A DNA stretch of 64,000 nt from Lewinellaceae bacterium (GCA_016716135.1 JADJWX010000028.1:160487-224486), one strand, 5' to 3'; positions 49,312-58,965 are shown, counted from the stretch's first letter. Made by a program: numbers and translations. Notes: generated by a model from the sequence alone, not told the origin.

Positions 49312-49887
49312 TTAATTGAAATACACTTTCAGGGCTTGGAGGAAGTTATCTTTCTGACCGGCAGAGACTGTGAGTGTGACGCTGTTTTGCAGGACGACGT
49401 GCCCGCCTTTTCCCCGCACATATTTTTTAATGTGGCGCAAGTGAATGGTGTGCGACCGGTGAATGCGAACAAAAGCCGCGCCCGGTAAAAGGCCCTCCAC
49501 TTCCCGCAGCGTTTTACACACCAGAATCTGCCGGCCATCAAGAAAGTGTAATACCGTATAATTCCCGCTGGCCTCAAGGTAAGCGATATGCTTAACCTTC
49601 TCGAAACACATGCCTTCCATGGTAGGCAGCACAACTTTACCGCCTTTTTCCGGCGTGCCGAAACGGGCTTGTTTTAGCGGCGTCTCCTGGTAGCCGGGTC
49701 CAATCGGAATGGCGCGGGCAACTCGGGTTGGTACGGGCGATTCTACGGCATTCATCATAGCAGAGCAATTTTGTAAATGTTGAGACAAAAGTACCGGCAC
49801 GGGACTTGCTCCCCAACCCAGGTTCTGGCAATAAGTCAGGTTTCCGATAGGCTCGGTAGGTTTGGTGAAATGATCAAAAACTGACAA
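49312..49887 (-). CDS. LytTR-family DNA-binding protein without a receiver domain
   Basis: The C-terminal ~100 aa is IAYLEASGNYTVLHFLDGRQILVCKTLREVEGLLPGAAFVRIHRSHTIHLRHIKKY, a LytTR domain. The N-terminal ~90 aa is unrecognised. Confidence 0.75.
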   Translation of the reverse strand: MSVFDHFTKPTEPIGNLTYCQNLGWGASPVPVLLSQHLQNCSAMMNAVESPVPTRVARAIPIGPGYQETPLKQARFGTPEKGGKVVLPTMEGMCFEKVKHIAYLEASGNYTVLHFLDGRQILVCKTLREVEGLLPGAAFVRIHRSHTIHLRHIKKYVRGKGGHVVLQNSVTLTVSAGQKDNFLQALKVYFN

Positions 49888-49941
49888 TTTTGTCGACGCC
49901 TGCTCGTCTTCCGACCCGGTTCAAGTGACATATCCATACCT

Positions 49942-51489
49942 ATGGCAAAAACGCCTTCCGAAAAATTGTACCGCCTGATACAGGGGCTGACGCCTGCAGA
50001 AAAGCGCTATTTCAAGCTTTTTATCCGGGGCAAACCCGATCGCGACAGCAAGTACCTCCAGTTGTTTGAAGCCATGGGAAATATGGCACAGTTCGACGAT
50101 GAGGCACTTCGTAAAATCATTTACCCCGATCAGGCGGTGGAGAGCCGGAAGTATTCGGAGTTGAAGGCCTATTTGTACGAGTTGCTGCTGAAAAGTTTGC
50201 AATCGTTCGACGAGCAACACGCCATTGATTTTCGCATCAACCATTTGTTGCAGAGCGTTGCCGTATTATTCCGGCGCAGCCACTACGACGCTTGTGAGGA
50301 ATTGCTTGAAAAGGCGGCCAAACTGGCCCGGCAGTACGAGTGTTTCACACAACTGCTCGAAGTTATTCGTTGGAAAAAACACCTGGCCTACACCCGGATG
50401 GACGTCGATTATTTGCACAAGCATTTTGACCAACTGCAGTACACCGAAACCCAGGCGCTGGATCAGCTGCGCAATTTTGCCGACTACCGGAAATTGTTTT
50501 TTCAAGTGTACACCACCATCAAACGCGAGGCGCAGCACCGGGGAGAGGAACGCATGCGGCGCTTGCAAAAGCTGGTTGGGCATGAACTGCTCAGCAGCAC
50601 CGATCAGGCGCTGTCGCACAAAGCCCGGGTGTTGTACTACCGCACCCTCAACCTGTATTTTTATGCGGCCCTGGAACTGGATCAATTTTATGATACCGGG
50701 AAAAAACTGTTGGAAATTCTGGAGTCGCAACCCCATTTTTTAAAAGAAAACCTCTCCGATTACATTGCAGCACTCAGCAATTTCATCTTGTCCTGTGGTT
50801 TGTTGAAACGCTACGACGAAGTGCACACTGCGTTGAATAAACTCCAGATATTGAAGCCGTTAACAGAAGATGACCGCCGAAAAATCCACCGGCAATACTA
50901 TACCAACAAGTTTGTCCTTTGCATTTTTACCGGCGCATTTGAAGACGCCCGGCAGGAGATGGAGCATTGCCAGCAAGAGGCTGAACAATTTGACCCCCAC
51001 GACTATGAAACGGCCAGTTTTTATTTTCAATATTGTTGCATTTGTTTTGGTTGCGGCGATTACAGCGGCGCCCTCGACTACCTCAACGAATGGCTCAACC
51101 AGCCCCGCACGGTGGAGCGGGAAGATCTGCAGAGTCTGGCGCGTATGCTCGCATTGATTATCCATTTTGAAATGGGGAATACAGTTCTGTTGGAATCTTT
51201 GCTTCGTTCCGCCACCCGTTTTTTGCAAAAGAAAAACCGCCTCTACGATCTGGAGCGGCGGTTCTTTCAGTTCATGGCCGAATTGATGCGCGCAGCAGGC
51301 AGGCCTGAACAACGGCTTGCCTTTCAAAAAATGCAGCAGGACCTCCGGGAACTGGCCAACTGGCCCGAAGCGCAGGCGCTGTTGCAAACATTTGACCTGG
51401 AAGCCTGGCTCGAAAGCAAGCTTACCCAGCGCAACTTTGCACAAACTGTGCGCGCCAAGTGGCACAGTCAACGCAATGCGACTGTTTAA
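49942..51489 (+). CDS. 515-aa all-alpha (TPR-like) protein of unknown function
   Basis: The N-terminus is KLYRLIQGLTPAEKRYFKLFIRG...YLQLFEAM, followed by long helical repeats. It is divergent from the LytTR gene across a 54-bp spacer. Confidence 0.6.
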   Translation: MAKTPSEKLYRLIQGLTPAEKRYFKLFIRGKPDRDSKYLQLFEAMGNMAQFDDEALRKIIYPDQAVESRKYSELKAYLYELLLKSLQSFDEQHAIDFRINHLLQSVAVLFRRSHYDACEELLEKAAKLARQYECFTQLLEVIRWKKHLAYTRMDVDYLHKHFDQLQYTETQALDQLRNFADYRKLFFQVYTTIKREAQHRGEERMRRLQKLVGHELLSSTDQALSHKARVLYYRTLNLYFYAALELDQFYDTGKKLLEILESQPHFLKENLSDYIAALSNFILSCGLLKRYDEVHTALNKLQILKPLTEDDRRKIHRQYYTNKFVLCIFTGAFEDARQEMEHCQQEAEQFDPHDYETASFYFQYCCICFGCGDYSGALDYLNEWLNQPRTVEREDLQSLARMLALIIHFEMGNTVLLESLLRSATRFLQKKNRLYDLERRFFQFMAELMRAAGRPEQRLAFQKMQQDLRELANWPEAQALLQTFDLEAWLESKLTQRNFAQTVRAKWHSQRNATV

Positions 51490-51509
51490 GGTAAATTACA
51501 CCGTGTAAT

Positions 51510-51716
51510 CTAGGCAGATTTGTTACCCATGCGTTGCCAGATGGATTCCGCTTCTTCAGAACGGGTATCCACCGACGTCCAGCGCGTGCGATAGGAAAAC
51601 CGGCGGCCGCGAATGATGTAGATACCACCCTTCAGCTGGTTCATTTCCTGCTCGTCAAGCGTGGTCACAAAACTGTTCACCTTGATGTCGGAAAGAGAGA
51701 GTTTAGATTTTGCCAT
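51510..51716 (-). CDS. Gly-Gly-leader peptide precursor (Bacteroidota GG-type natural-product or bacteriocin-like leader), 68 aa
   Basis: The leader MAKSKLSLSDIKVNSFVTTLDEQEMNQLKGG is followed by the 37-aa core IYIIRGRRFSYRTRWTSVDTRSEEAESIWQRMGNKSA. The leader fits the K.L.L....I..L...E...IKGG pattern of Bacteroidota GG-leader peptides. Confidence 0.6.
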   Translation of the reverse strand: MAKSKLSLSDIKVNSFVTTLDEQEMNQLKGGIYIIRGRRFSYRTRWTSVDTRSEEAESIWQRMGNKSA

Positions 51717-51768
51717 ACGATATGGAGGTTTGAATGAACGGAGCAATAACATTCCCGTTCTTTGGATT

Positions 51769-51776
51769 CAAAGATA
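51769..51776 (-). promoter_or_regulatory. Bacteroidota -7-like promoter box (TATCTTTG) upstream of the GG-leader peptide
   Basis: It matches TAnnTTTG on the - strand, 52 nt upstream of the ATG at 51716. A second, near-identical TATCTTTC box lies 6 nt further upstream. Confidence 0.4.
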
Positions 51777-51885
51777 TCTGAAAGATACTTACCCTGCCAG
51801 CAGGTACGTTTGCCAAGTTTTTGAAAAAGTCAGGTTTTTAAAAACAGAAATTGGCGGCTCGCGACCCCATCCAGGGGATTATTTG

Positions 51886-52365
51886 TCAAAGATAAAGAAA
51901 TACCAATTCCGGCTCAAAGCCCGACCGGATCAGCGCTGCCGCTGCTTTTGTCCTTCCCTGCGAATCTGCAGCAGCCTGATATTGTTCCAGTTTTTTCACC
52001 AGGCGCTCTTGTAACACTGAACGATACTCTTGTTCGTCAATATCCTCCAGCGCCGATTCAATAAGCCCGGATGCAATGCGGCGGCGTTGCAACTCCAGGC
52101 GGATACGCACGCGTCCCCAGCGGTTTACCCGGAATTTCCCGCCGGCAAAAGCACGGGCAAAGCGGGCATCATCCACGTAGCCTTGTTCCTGCAAAGCATG
52201 GCGTATTTCCCCGGCAATTTCAGCTGAAACCCCCAGGGTTTTCATTTTCTGATCCACTTCCTGCCAGCAACGTTCGCGATAGGCACAGTAATTTTCCATT
52301 TTCACCAGCGCCTCGTCCGGAGTAAGCGCCTTGGCACTGCCCTTGCGTTTGGAGAAATAAGCCAT
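51886..52365 (-). CDS. recX: Regulatory protein RecX
   Basis: ALVKMENYCAYRERCWQEVDQKMKTLGVS...GYVDDARFARAFAGGKFRVNRWGRVRIRLELQRRRI shows the RecX repeat pattern. Confidence 0.8.
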   Translation of the reverse strand: MAYFSKRKGSAKALTPDEALVKMENYCAYRERCWQEVDQKMKTLGVSAEIAGEIRHALQEQGYVDDARFARAFAGGKFRVNRWGRVRIRLELQRRRIASGLIESALEDIDEQEYRSVLQERLVKKLEQYQAAADSQGRTKAAAALIRSGFEPELVFLYL

Positions 52366-52415
52366 AGCGCAAAGTTGGGGCAAAATTTTCAGCGCCAAAA
52401 ATGAAAACAGCCCGA

Positions 52416-55400
52416 TCAGCGCAGCACGTTTACCCGTTGCCGGAACAGCCCTGCCTGCGTTTTGATTAGGATGGTGTAGGAACCTGACGGGATTTTCGCA
52501 CAGGAAACTCCCCAGCCGGAATCAGCCCTTCCGCTTTGCGCCAACACCAACCGGCCGGCGGCATCCAGCAGCCAGACTTGCGCCAGCGGGCGGTCTGCAC
52601 CCCGGTATTGCAGGTGCAGGTAATCGCTGACCGGATTTGGAAAAATATTCCAAAATGCCGCTGCTGCCATAGCATGGGTTGAAACAACAACCGTATCGGG
52701 CACAGTAACTGCCAACGAACCGGTGCAACCGTTGGCGGTGCCGGTTGCCAACAGCGTATAGGTTCCGGCCAACAAACTATCCAAGTCTTCAGCAGTTGAA
52801 AACAAGACATTGTCGAGATACCAGCCTACGGTGTATGCACCGGAGAAAGCAATTGAAATATCAATGGCGCCGATGCCCTGGCCATTCTGATCCGGCAGCA
52901 GCTGTACCAGGCTCAATTCCGGCGCTTGCACGTCTTCCGCTACGGTAATTTCCACCTTTGCCTTGCAACCAATGTTTGCATTTGGAATAGAAAAATTATG
53001 CACACCGGGCGCCGTGATCCAAGTCGGCGGGAGCGGCGGCAGGTCAATCAATAGGCTATCCCTTGTGCAGGTAAGTGTATCGGGTTGCAGCGTAATCAGT
53101 ACTGTCGACGTATCGGCAAGTACCAGCGCGGTATCGACACTGGTGCAGCCGTTGGGCGCCGTAACGATGAGCGTGTATACGCCGGGAAGTTCTACCATTG
53201 GGTCGAAAGTTATCGGCAGGTCGATACCCGGCCCTGTCCAGGCCATGGTGACGAGAGTGGCCGGCGATGTGCCCGTAATTTGTACTTGCGGTTGCGCACA
53301 GGAAAGCACACCACCGGTAGCTGTTGCGCCGGGTGCGGTGGTATCCTGTTGGACGACAATAGCCGCCGTACTGGAACAACCGTTTATTGCAGAGACCGCC
53401 GTTGCCGTATAAACGCCCGGTTCACTGACAACCGGATTTGGCAAGTCCGACATAAAACCATTGGGCCCTTGCCACATAAACGTTACCTGTGGCGGAGTGG
53501 AAACAACTTGCAAGACAACGCTGGGATTACTGCACGTGAGCGGACCTGGCGGCGGCGAGAGGATAATTTGGGGCAACTGCGCATCGGAATATATCGTGGC
53601 CGTAGCAACAGAGGTGCAACCATTGACCGGGTTAGTGACCGTCACCATGTACGGGCCCTCCTGCATAACTGTTGGATTTTGAAGGTCCGAACTAAAATTG
53701 CCCGTGCCCGACCAGGCAAATAGGGCATTTTGAACATCGGTCGTACAGCTTAACACCACCATAGGCTGGCCACAGCGCAAGGTATCATCGGCGACTTCCA
53801 CCAAGGGACTGACGGTATCCAACTGTACCGTTACCGTATCGCTGGCGGTGCAGCCATTTGGTGCTGTGGCCGTTACCAGGTAAGACAGGCCAAACCCCAG
53901 ATCTTCCCAGGTACAAACTGAACCGGGAATATCAACCGAACAGTGTTGCATACCCGTTGGGGTAAGGCAGGTAATCGGATCAACATAGGCGGTAAGTACC
54001 GGGATTTGAAAATCGGTCAGCACCTGGAATTCGGTGGTCACCGTGCAGCCGTTCGGCCCGGTTACCGTTAGCTGGTAGGTTCCGGCAACCGCCACCACAG
54101 GGTCCGGGTCGTTGGGATTGCCGATACCCGGGCCCGACCACTGGCAATTCAAGGCCGGGTTAAAACAATGCAACTGCTCGACAGGGTTCGAACAGTTCAG
54201 CAGTATATCGTCAATTGTTGGAATCAGGGGAGCTTGTTTGTCTTCCAATACCTCAGCTGTAGCCGTACCGGTACAGCCGGTCTGCGGATCGGTCACGGTC
54301 AGCAAATAAATACCGGGAACAGTAACCCCGGGCGATTCATCCGTTGAACTAAACCCATCGGGGCCTGACCAGGAAAATAAAACGCCGGCGGTATTGGATG
54401 ATCCGATAAGTTGAATACTGGGTTGACTGCAAGTTAAAATACCGCCGGTAGCTGCGGCAGTTGGCGGTGTCCCGGCAACAATGGTAATTGAATCAGTGGT
54501 AACGCAAACATTTCCGTTGGCCGATGCCGTCACCGTGAGAATGTACGTGCCGGGTTCCTGAACGGTGATGGCGTTGCCTGTACCGACGACACTCCCGTCT
54601 GGATGCTGCCAGGATTTGACTCCGGGGCTGGCTTCCGAATTGAGTACTATGGGTAAACTGCCACAAACCAGGTCGCTCTCCGGAATAATGGAAGCAATGG
54701 GCTCCAATAAAAGCAGCGTAAAATGTACCGTGGAATCACAGCCCGTATAGGATTCGCATATTTTCGAAAAAGTGCCCGCTGTTTTAAATGCCTCGCCGCA
54801 AACAACCATCGAATCGCCGGAACAAAGCACTCTGGGCGCGTGGATAAAAACGATCGGGTTTCGAATGATTACCTGCTGGCAAACCACGCTGTCGCAGCCC
54901 AGGTAAGATGAAAGGGTAACACAGTGGGTACCGCTGGTTGGGCACTCGTCGCCCCAGGGCAACACATACGGGGCATCTTCGGCACAAATCGTTACTGTCG
55001 GCAGGAATGTCGGTGGAATGGGTTGCGACACCAGGTTTTTCACCACTTGGTTGCCTGCCAGGCAATTATTGAAAGGTTGGACAAAAATTTGTCCGCCGTT
55101 GGCATTGGCAGTCACCGTCACCTGGTTGCTCCCAACACCCACCCCGGTGTAGGGTCCGGGCATCCCGTTCACCGACCAACCCACCGGCACTTGCCAGGTA
55201 TAACCGGCGGCCCCTGCTACCGGCGCCACGCTGTAGGTAACCGTGGCGCCCGGGCAAAGTGTCGTAGGGCCGGTAATTGGTCCGGTAACTCCCATAGCCG
55301 GCGGCAACCCAGCCATCGGCGGGACTATAGCTACTGAAAAATCACACTGATCGCCGAGATAGCCGTCGATCATCAAAAAATATTGCTGATTGGGCTCCAG

Positions 55401-56504
55401 GAGCGCAACGAATTCCAGGGTGTCGGCAGCGCCGCCAAGCTTTCCACCGGCACAAACAAGCGGTGGTTCCGCGCAGTTTTGATACACCGCAGCTTGCAAG
55501 CCATCGCCATCGGCGCAATTTGATGCCGAAATTTTAAATGTTGCGGCAGGCGTACCAGCGACAAAACCAATCCATTGATTGTTTTCCACCACGCCGCAAA
55601 AACCCGGCGCCGGGTCGGGCGTGTAGCCGGCGGTAGTGCCGGTATATCCCATGAAATTGCAAAAAACGCAGGCATCGGCGCAATTGTCGGCGCCCGGAAG
55701 ATCCGATGTCGGGCAAGGTGACGCCAACGGGGCCGTGCCGATGTAAATCCGTTGTTCCGAAACGGGACTTTGCGAACAGGCATTTTCTGCCTGAACACCC
55801 AACACACCCCCTTCGTCGCCGAAGGTGACCGTCACCTGCCTGCCGGCCGGCGCATCAAGTACCACCGGTGGTGTTTGACCATTAATTTTAAAACTCGCCG
55901 GCCCGGTCCAACGGTAGCTGGTCGCAAACGGCACCGAGTCCAGGCTATAAACCAGTGCGCTTTTTTCCGCAACCACCCTGGGGCCCTTGATCAACCCGAT
56001 CGAGTCAATTTGTAAGTCGAAAACCGCATCGGCGGGACTTGTGGATATGCTGAATTGGCAGGCATCGCCGGCAAAGCCATTGATCATCAAAAAATACGGT
56101 TGGCCAGGCACCAGCGATGCCGTTAACGAACGCAGCTGATCACCGCCACCGGACTGACCGGGGGTGCAGGCAATCGGCGGCGCCGCACAATCGGCGTACA
56201 AGGCGATTTCCAGACCATCGCCCTGCTGGCAACCGTAGGGCATTACATCAATGGAAATACTGCCGGCGCCGGCGATAAAACCCAGCCATTGATCGTTTTG
56301 CACGGTGCCGCAAAAGCCGGGTGCCTGGCTCGCGGTATACCCTGCAGTCTCGCCATCGTAGCCATTTAGCTGACAAAAAAAACAGGCGTCGGCGCAGGCA
56401 TCGGCGGCAGGCGTGACACCTGGGTCGCAAACAGGTAAAACTTGAGCAACAAGGAAAGTGAATTGGAAAACCAATCCAAAGCAGAGGGAAATCGCTTTTT
56501 TCAT
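52416..56504 (-). CDS. 1362-aa T9SS-secreted adhesin-like protein. It has two N-terminal Cys-rich modules, then many SprB/Ig-like repeats and a C-terminal sorting domain.
   Basis: The signal peptide is MKKAISLCFGLVFQFTFLVAQ. At least eight repeats fit G.Y.LTVT...NGCT (for example PGIYLLTVTDPQTGCTG and AGTYQLTVTGPNGCTV). The C-terminus is FPNPVSDYLHLQY...SGSYTILIKTQAGLFRQRVNVLR. Confidence 0.85.
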   Translation of the reverse strand: MKKAISLCFGLVFQFTFLVAQVLPVCDPGVTPAADACADACFFCQLNGYDGETAGYTASQAPGFCGTVQNDQWLGFIAGAGSISIDVMPYGCQQGDGLEIALYADCAAPPIACTPGQSGGGDQLRSLTASLVPGQPYFLMINGFAGDACQFSISTSPADAVFDLQIDSIGLIKGPRVVAEKSALVYSLDSVPFATSYRWTGPASFKINGQTPPVVLDAPAGRQVTVTFGDEGGVLGVQAENACSQSPVSEQRIYIGTAPLASPCPTSDLPGADNCADACVFCNFMGYTGTTAGYTPDPAPGFCGVVENNQWIGFVAGTPAATFKISASNCADGDGLQAAVYQNCAEPPLVCAGGKLGGAADTLEFVALLEPNQQYFLMIDGYLGDQCDFSVAIVPPMAGLPPAMGVTGPITGPTTLCPGATVTYSVAPVAGAAGYTWQVPVGWSVNGMPGPYTGVGVGSNQVTVTANANGGQIFVQPFNNCLAGNQVVKNLVSQPIPPTFLPTVTICAEDAPYVLPWGDECPTSGTHCVTLSSYLGCDSVVCQQVIIRNPIVFIHAPRVLCSGDSMVVCGEAFKTAGTFSKICESYTGCDSTVHFTLLLLEPIASIIPESDLVCGSLPIVLNSEASPGVKSWQHPDGSVVGTGNAITVQEPGTYILTVTASANGNVCVTTDSITIVAGTPPTAAATGGILTCSQPSIQLIGSSNTAGVLFSWSGPDGFSSTDESPGVTVPGIYLLTVTDPQTGCTGTATAEVLEDKQAPLIPTIDDILLNCSNPVEQLHCFNPALNCQWSGPGIGNPNDPDPVVAVAGTYQLTVTGPNGCTVTTEFQVLTDFQIPVLTAYVDPITCLTPTGMQHCSVDIPGSVCTWEDLGFGLSYLVTATAPNGCTASDTVTVQLDTVSPLVEVADDTLRCGQPMVVLSCTTDVQNALFAWSGTGNFSSDLQNPTVMQEGPYMVTVTNPVNGCTSVATATIYSDAQLPQIILSPPPGPLTCSNPSVVLQVVSTPPQVTFMWQGPNGFMSDLPNPVVSEPGVYTATAVSAINGCSSTAAIVVQQDTTAPGATATGGVLSCAQPQVQITGTSPATLVTMAWTGPGIDLPITFDPMVELPGVYTLIVTAPNGCTSVDTALVLADTSTVLITLQPDTLTCTRDSLLIDLPPLPPTWITAPGVHNFSIPNANIGCKAKVEITVAEDVQAPELSLVQLLPDQNGQGIGAIDISIAFSGAYTVGWYLDNVLFSTAEDLDSLLAGTYTLLATGTANGCTGSLAVTVPDTVVVSTHAMAAAAFWNIFPNPVSDYLHLQYRGADRPLAQVWLLDAAGRLVLAQSGRADSGWGVSCAKIPSGSYTILIKTQAGLFRQRVNVLR

Positions 56505-56733
56505 AGGTAAGCAGGTTATGAACGGAGGTGGTAATTTGGCAGACTAAACCGCTGTGAAAGATACAGTGCGGGAAAGAACTGCTGTCGGTACCTGCAGCAT
56601 TAACATTTACAGCACGAAAGCCGCTGTAAATAAAAAATACGCGCATATTCAAAAAAGCCGCATCTTTGCACCCGAATTCTCACCGTCCGACAAGACCCCG
56701 AAACGGATATTTTTATTTGACGCAACGTTTTTA

Positions 56734-58425
56734 ATGACTGCTTTTAAAGATTTAGGCCTCGAGGAGGCCTTGCTGCAGGGTATTGCTACCCTGGGCTTCG
56801 AAACCCCTACCCCTGTTCAGGAACTTGTAATTCCCACCGCACTCCAAAGCAACGAAGATTTTATCGCGCTGGCGCAAACCGGCACCGGTAAAACCGCTGC
56901 GTTCGGACTGCCCTTGTTACAACGCATCGACCCTGCTGAAAAAAATGTGCAGGCGCTTATTCTTTGTCCCACACGCGAATTGTGTGTTCAGGTGGCAAAA
57001 GACCTGGAAAGCTATTCCCAATTTGCCCACCATTATAAAGTGGTTGCCGTGTATGGCGGCGCAAGCATCGAAACACAGGTGCGCAAGATCAAAGCCGGCG
57101 CCCAGATTATCGTGGCCACGCCGGGCCGCCTGGTCGATCTGCTTGTACGGCAGGTTGCGCGGCTCGACAAGGTTTCCCGCATCGTACTCGATGAGGCTGA
57201 TGAAATGCTCAATATGGGTTTCAAAGATGCCGTGGATATGATTCTGGAAGCGGTGGAAAACCGCCAGTCTATCTGGCTGTTCTCCGCAACTATGCCTCGT
57301 GAAGTGCGGGCTATTGCCTCCACTTACATGCGCGACCCGCTCGAACTCAATGTTGGCCAGGCCAATCAGATCAACGCCGACATCGAGCATCGGTATTTTG
57401 TCTGCCACTCCGCCGACCGCTATGCTGCGCTCAAACGCATCGTAGACGCCACCCCCGGTATTTATGGCCTGGTCTTTTGCCGTACCAGAAGCGAAACCAA
57501 AGAAATTGCCGAGCAAATGATCCGCGACGGGTACAACGCCGATGCCCTGCATGGCGACCTCGTGCAGTCGGACCGCGACCGCGTCATGCAGCGTTTCCGC
57601 GAACGCAACCTCCAGCTGCTCATCGCCACCGATGTGGCCGCCCGCGGCATCGACGTAAGCGACATTTCCCACGTGATCAATTACGGCCTGCCTGACGAAA
57701 TCGAAGTGTACACCCACCGAAGCGGTCGCACCGGCCGGGCCGGACGCAAGGGTATTTCGATCAGTATTATTACCCCGAAGTTTGAAGAAAAAATCCGGCA
57801 GATCGAGCGCCGTTCGAAATCCACCTTTGCCAAAATGACCATCCCGACCGGCTACGAGGTTTGCGAAAGCCAGTTGTTCCATATCATCCAGAACATCCAC
57901 GACCAGGAAGTACAGCACGCCGAGATCGAACCCTTTTTACCCCGGGTGTACGAAGCACTTCAGGATTTATCCAAAGAAGAGCTGATCAAGCGTTTTGCCA
58001 GTGTGGAATTCAACCGTTTCCTTTCTTATTACCGGAATGCACCCGACATCAACCTTCGCAGTGGCAAAGACCGTAAAAACGGCCGGCAGGAACAATCGGG
58101 TCCCAACGGTTCCATGCAGCGGTTGTTTGTCAATATCGGCCTCATGGACGGGATCAATAAAAAAGATTTCCTGCAATTGCTGATCCGCGAATTTCGCGTA
58201 CCCAAACCCGCTATTGGCGGCATCGACATCAAAAAATCCTACATGCACTTTGACATCGAGCACGCCTTCAGCCGCGATGTGCGCCGTGGCCTGGAGGAGT
58301 TTGATATCAATGGCCGGCGTGTGAAAGTGAATGAAGCCAAGCCGATGCCCGAAAAATTTGACAAAAAGTCCAAGGACAAAAAATTTGGCGGGAAAAAGGC
58401 AAAAGGGTATAAAAAAGCCTATTAA
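56734..58425 (+). CDS. DEAD-box ATP-dependent RNA helicase with a DbpA-like C-terminal RNA-binding domain
   Basis: The Q motif is FETPTPVQ. Helicase motifs AQTGTGKT, VLDEADEM, SAT and HRSGRTGRAG are present, and the tail is Lys-rich. Confidence 0.9.
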   Translation: MTAFKDLGLEEALLQGIATLGFETPTPVQELVIPTALQSNEDFIALAQTGTGKTAAFGLPLLQRIDPAEKNVQALILCPTRELCVQVAKDLESYSQFAHHYKVVAVYGGASIETQVRKIKAGAQIIVATPGRLVDLLVRQVARLDKVSRIVLDEADEMLNMGFKDAVDMILEAVENRQSIWLFSATMPREVRAIASTYMRDPLELNVGQANQINADIEHRYFVCHSADRYAALKRIVDATPGIYGLVFCRTRSETKEIAEQMIRDGYNADALHGDLVQSDRDRVMQRFRERNLQLLIATDVAARGIDVSDISHVINYGLPDEIEVYTHRSGRTGRAGRKGISISIITPKFEEKIRQIERRSKSTFAKMTIPTGYEVCESQLFHIIQNIHDQEVQHAEIEPFLPRVYEALQDLSKEELIKRFASVEFNRFLSYYRNAPDINLRSGKDRKNGRQEQSGPNGSMQRLFVNIGLMDGINKKDFLQLLIREFRVPKPAIGGIDIKKSYMHFDIEHAFSRDVRRGLEEFDINGRRVKVNEAKPMPEKFDKKSKDKKFGGKKAKGYKKAY

Positions 58426-58538
58426 GGTCCCTGCAAAAACAATAGTCCACCTATTTGGAACAATAGTCCACGTTTTACATTCCTGGCCTGCGCACCTTTG
58501 TTGCATCCATTGTATCACGCATTAAATGATACGCAACT

Positions 58539-58928
58539 ATGGCAGCACAAGCAGTAAATTTTCAGATATACCAGGATGTAAACAAATTGATCGCCCTCCT
58601 GCATGAAGTGACGGCGCAGTTTCCCGTCAACTACCAGCGTACCCTGGGCCAGGAAATACAGCGCGGGGCCTTAAAAGTGGTCAACAGCGTACACCAGCTG
58701 AATAAGTGCCCGGGCATGGCAGATTGCTATTACCAGTTGCAGGACGATCTTGAAGTACTGAAGCTCAACGTGGCTTTTGGTTTCAGACTCAGCCTTATCG
58801 ATACCAGCCTGAACACCCTGCTGACGCAACTGATTCGTTGTATCAGCGCACAAATTACCGGTTGGCCTTTTTATAAAATTTCCACTGGCGCCGTCCAGGG
58901 CCACAAGATTGGCACGTTCCCAAATTGA
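58539..58928 (+). CDS. Possible divergent four-helix-bundle (TIGR02436/Avd-like) protein
   Basis: 129 aa. The pattern F.IYQ....L...l...FP..Y...LG.EI.R.AL.V.N is followed by helical L-rich segments. This is only a loose resemblance. Confidence 0.35.
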   Translation: MAAQAVNFQIYQDVNKLIALLHEVTAQFPVNYQRTLGQEIQRGALKVVNSVHQLNKCPGMADCYYQLQDDLEVLKLNVAFGFRLSLIDTSLNTLLTQLIRCISAQITGWPFYKISTGAVQGHKIGTFPN

Positions 58929-58965
58929 ATACTCCGGGCAACCAAACTGATCGCAATGGACCTGC

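Noticed and set aside
51717-51752. Upstream ATG at 51752 as the start of the GG-leader peptide (80-aa version)
   Set aside because: The extra MLLLRSFKPPYR would lie only about 17 nt from the -7 box, and it does not fit the usual short Lys-rich start of GG-leader peptides. MAKSK at 51716 is preferred.
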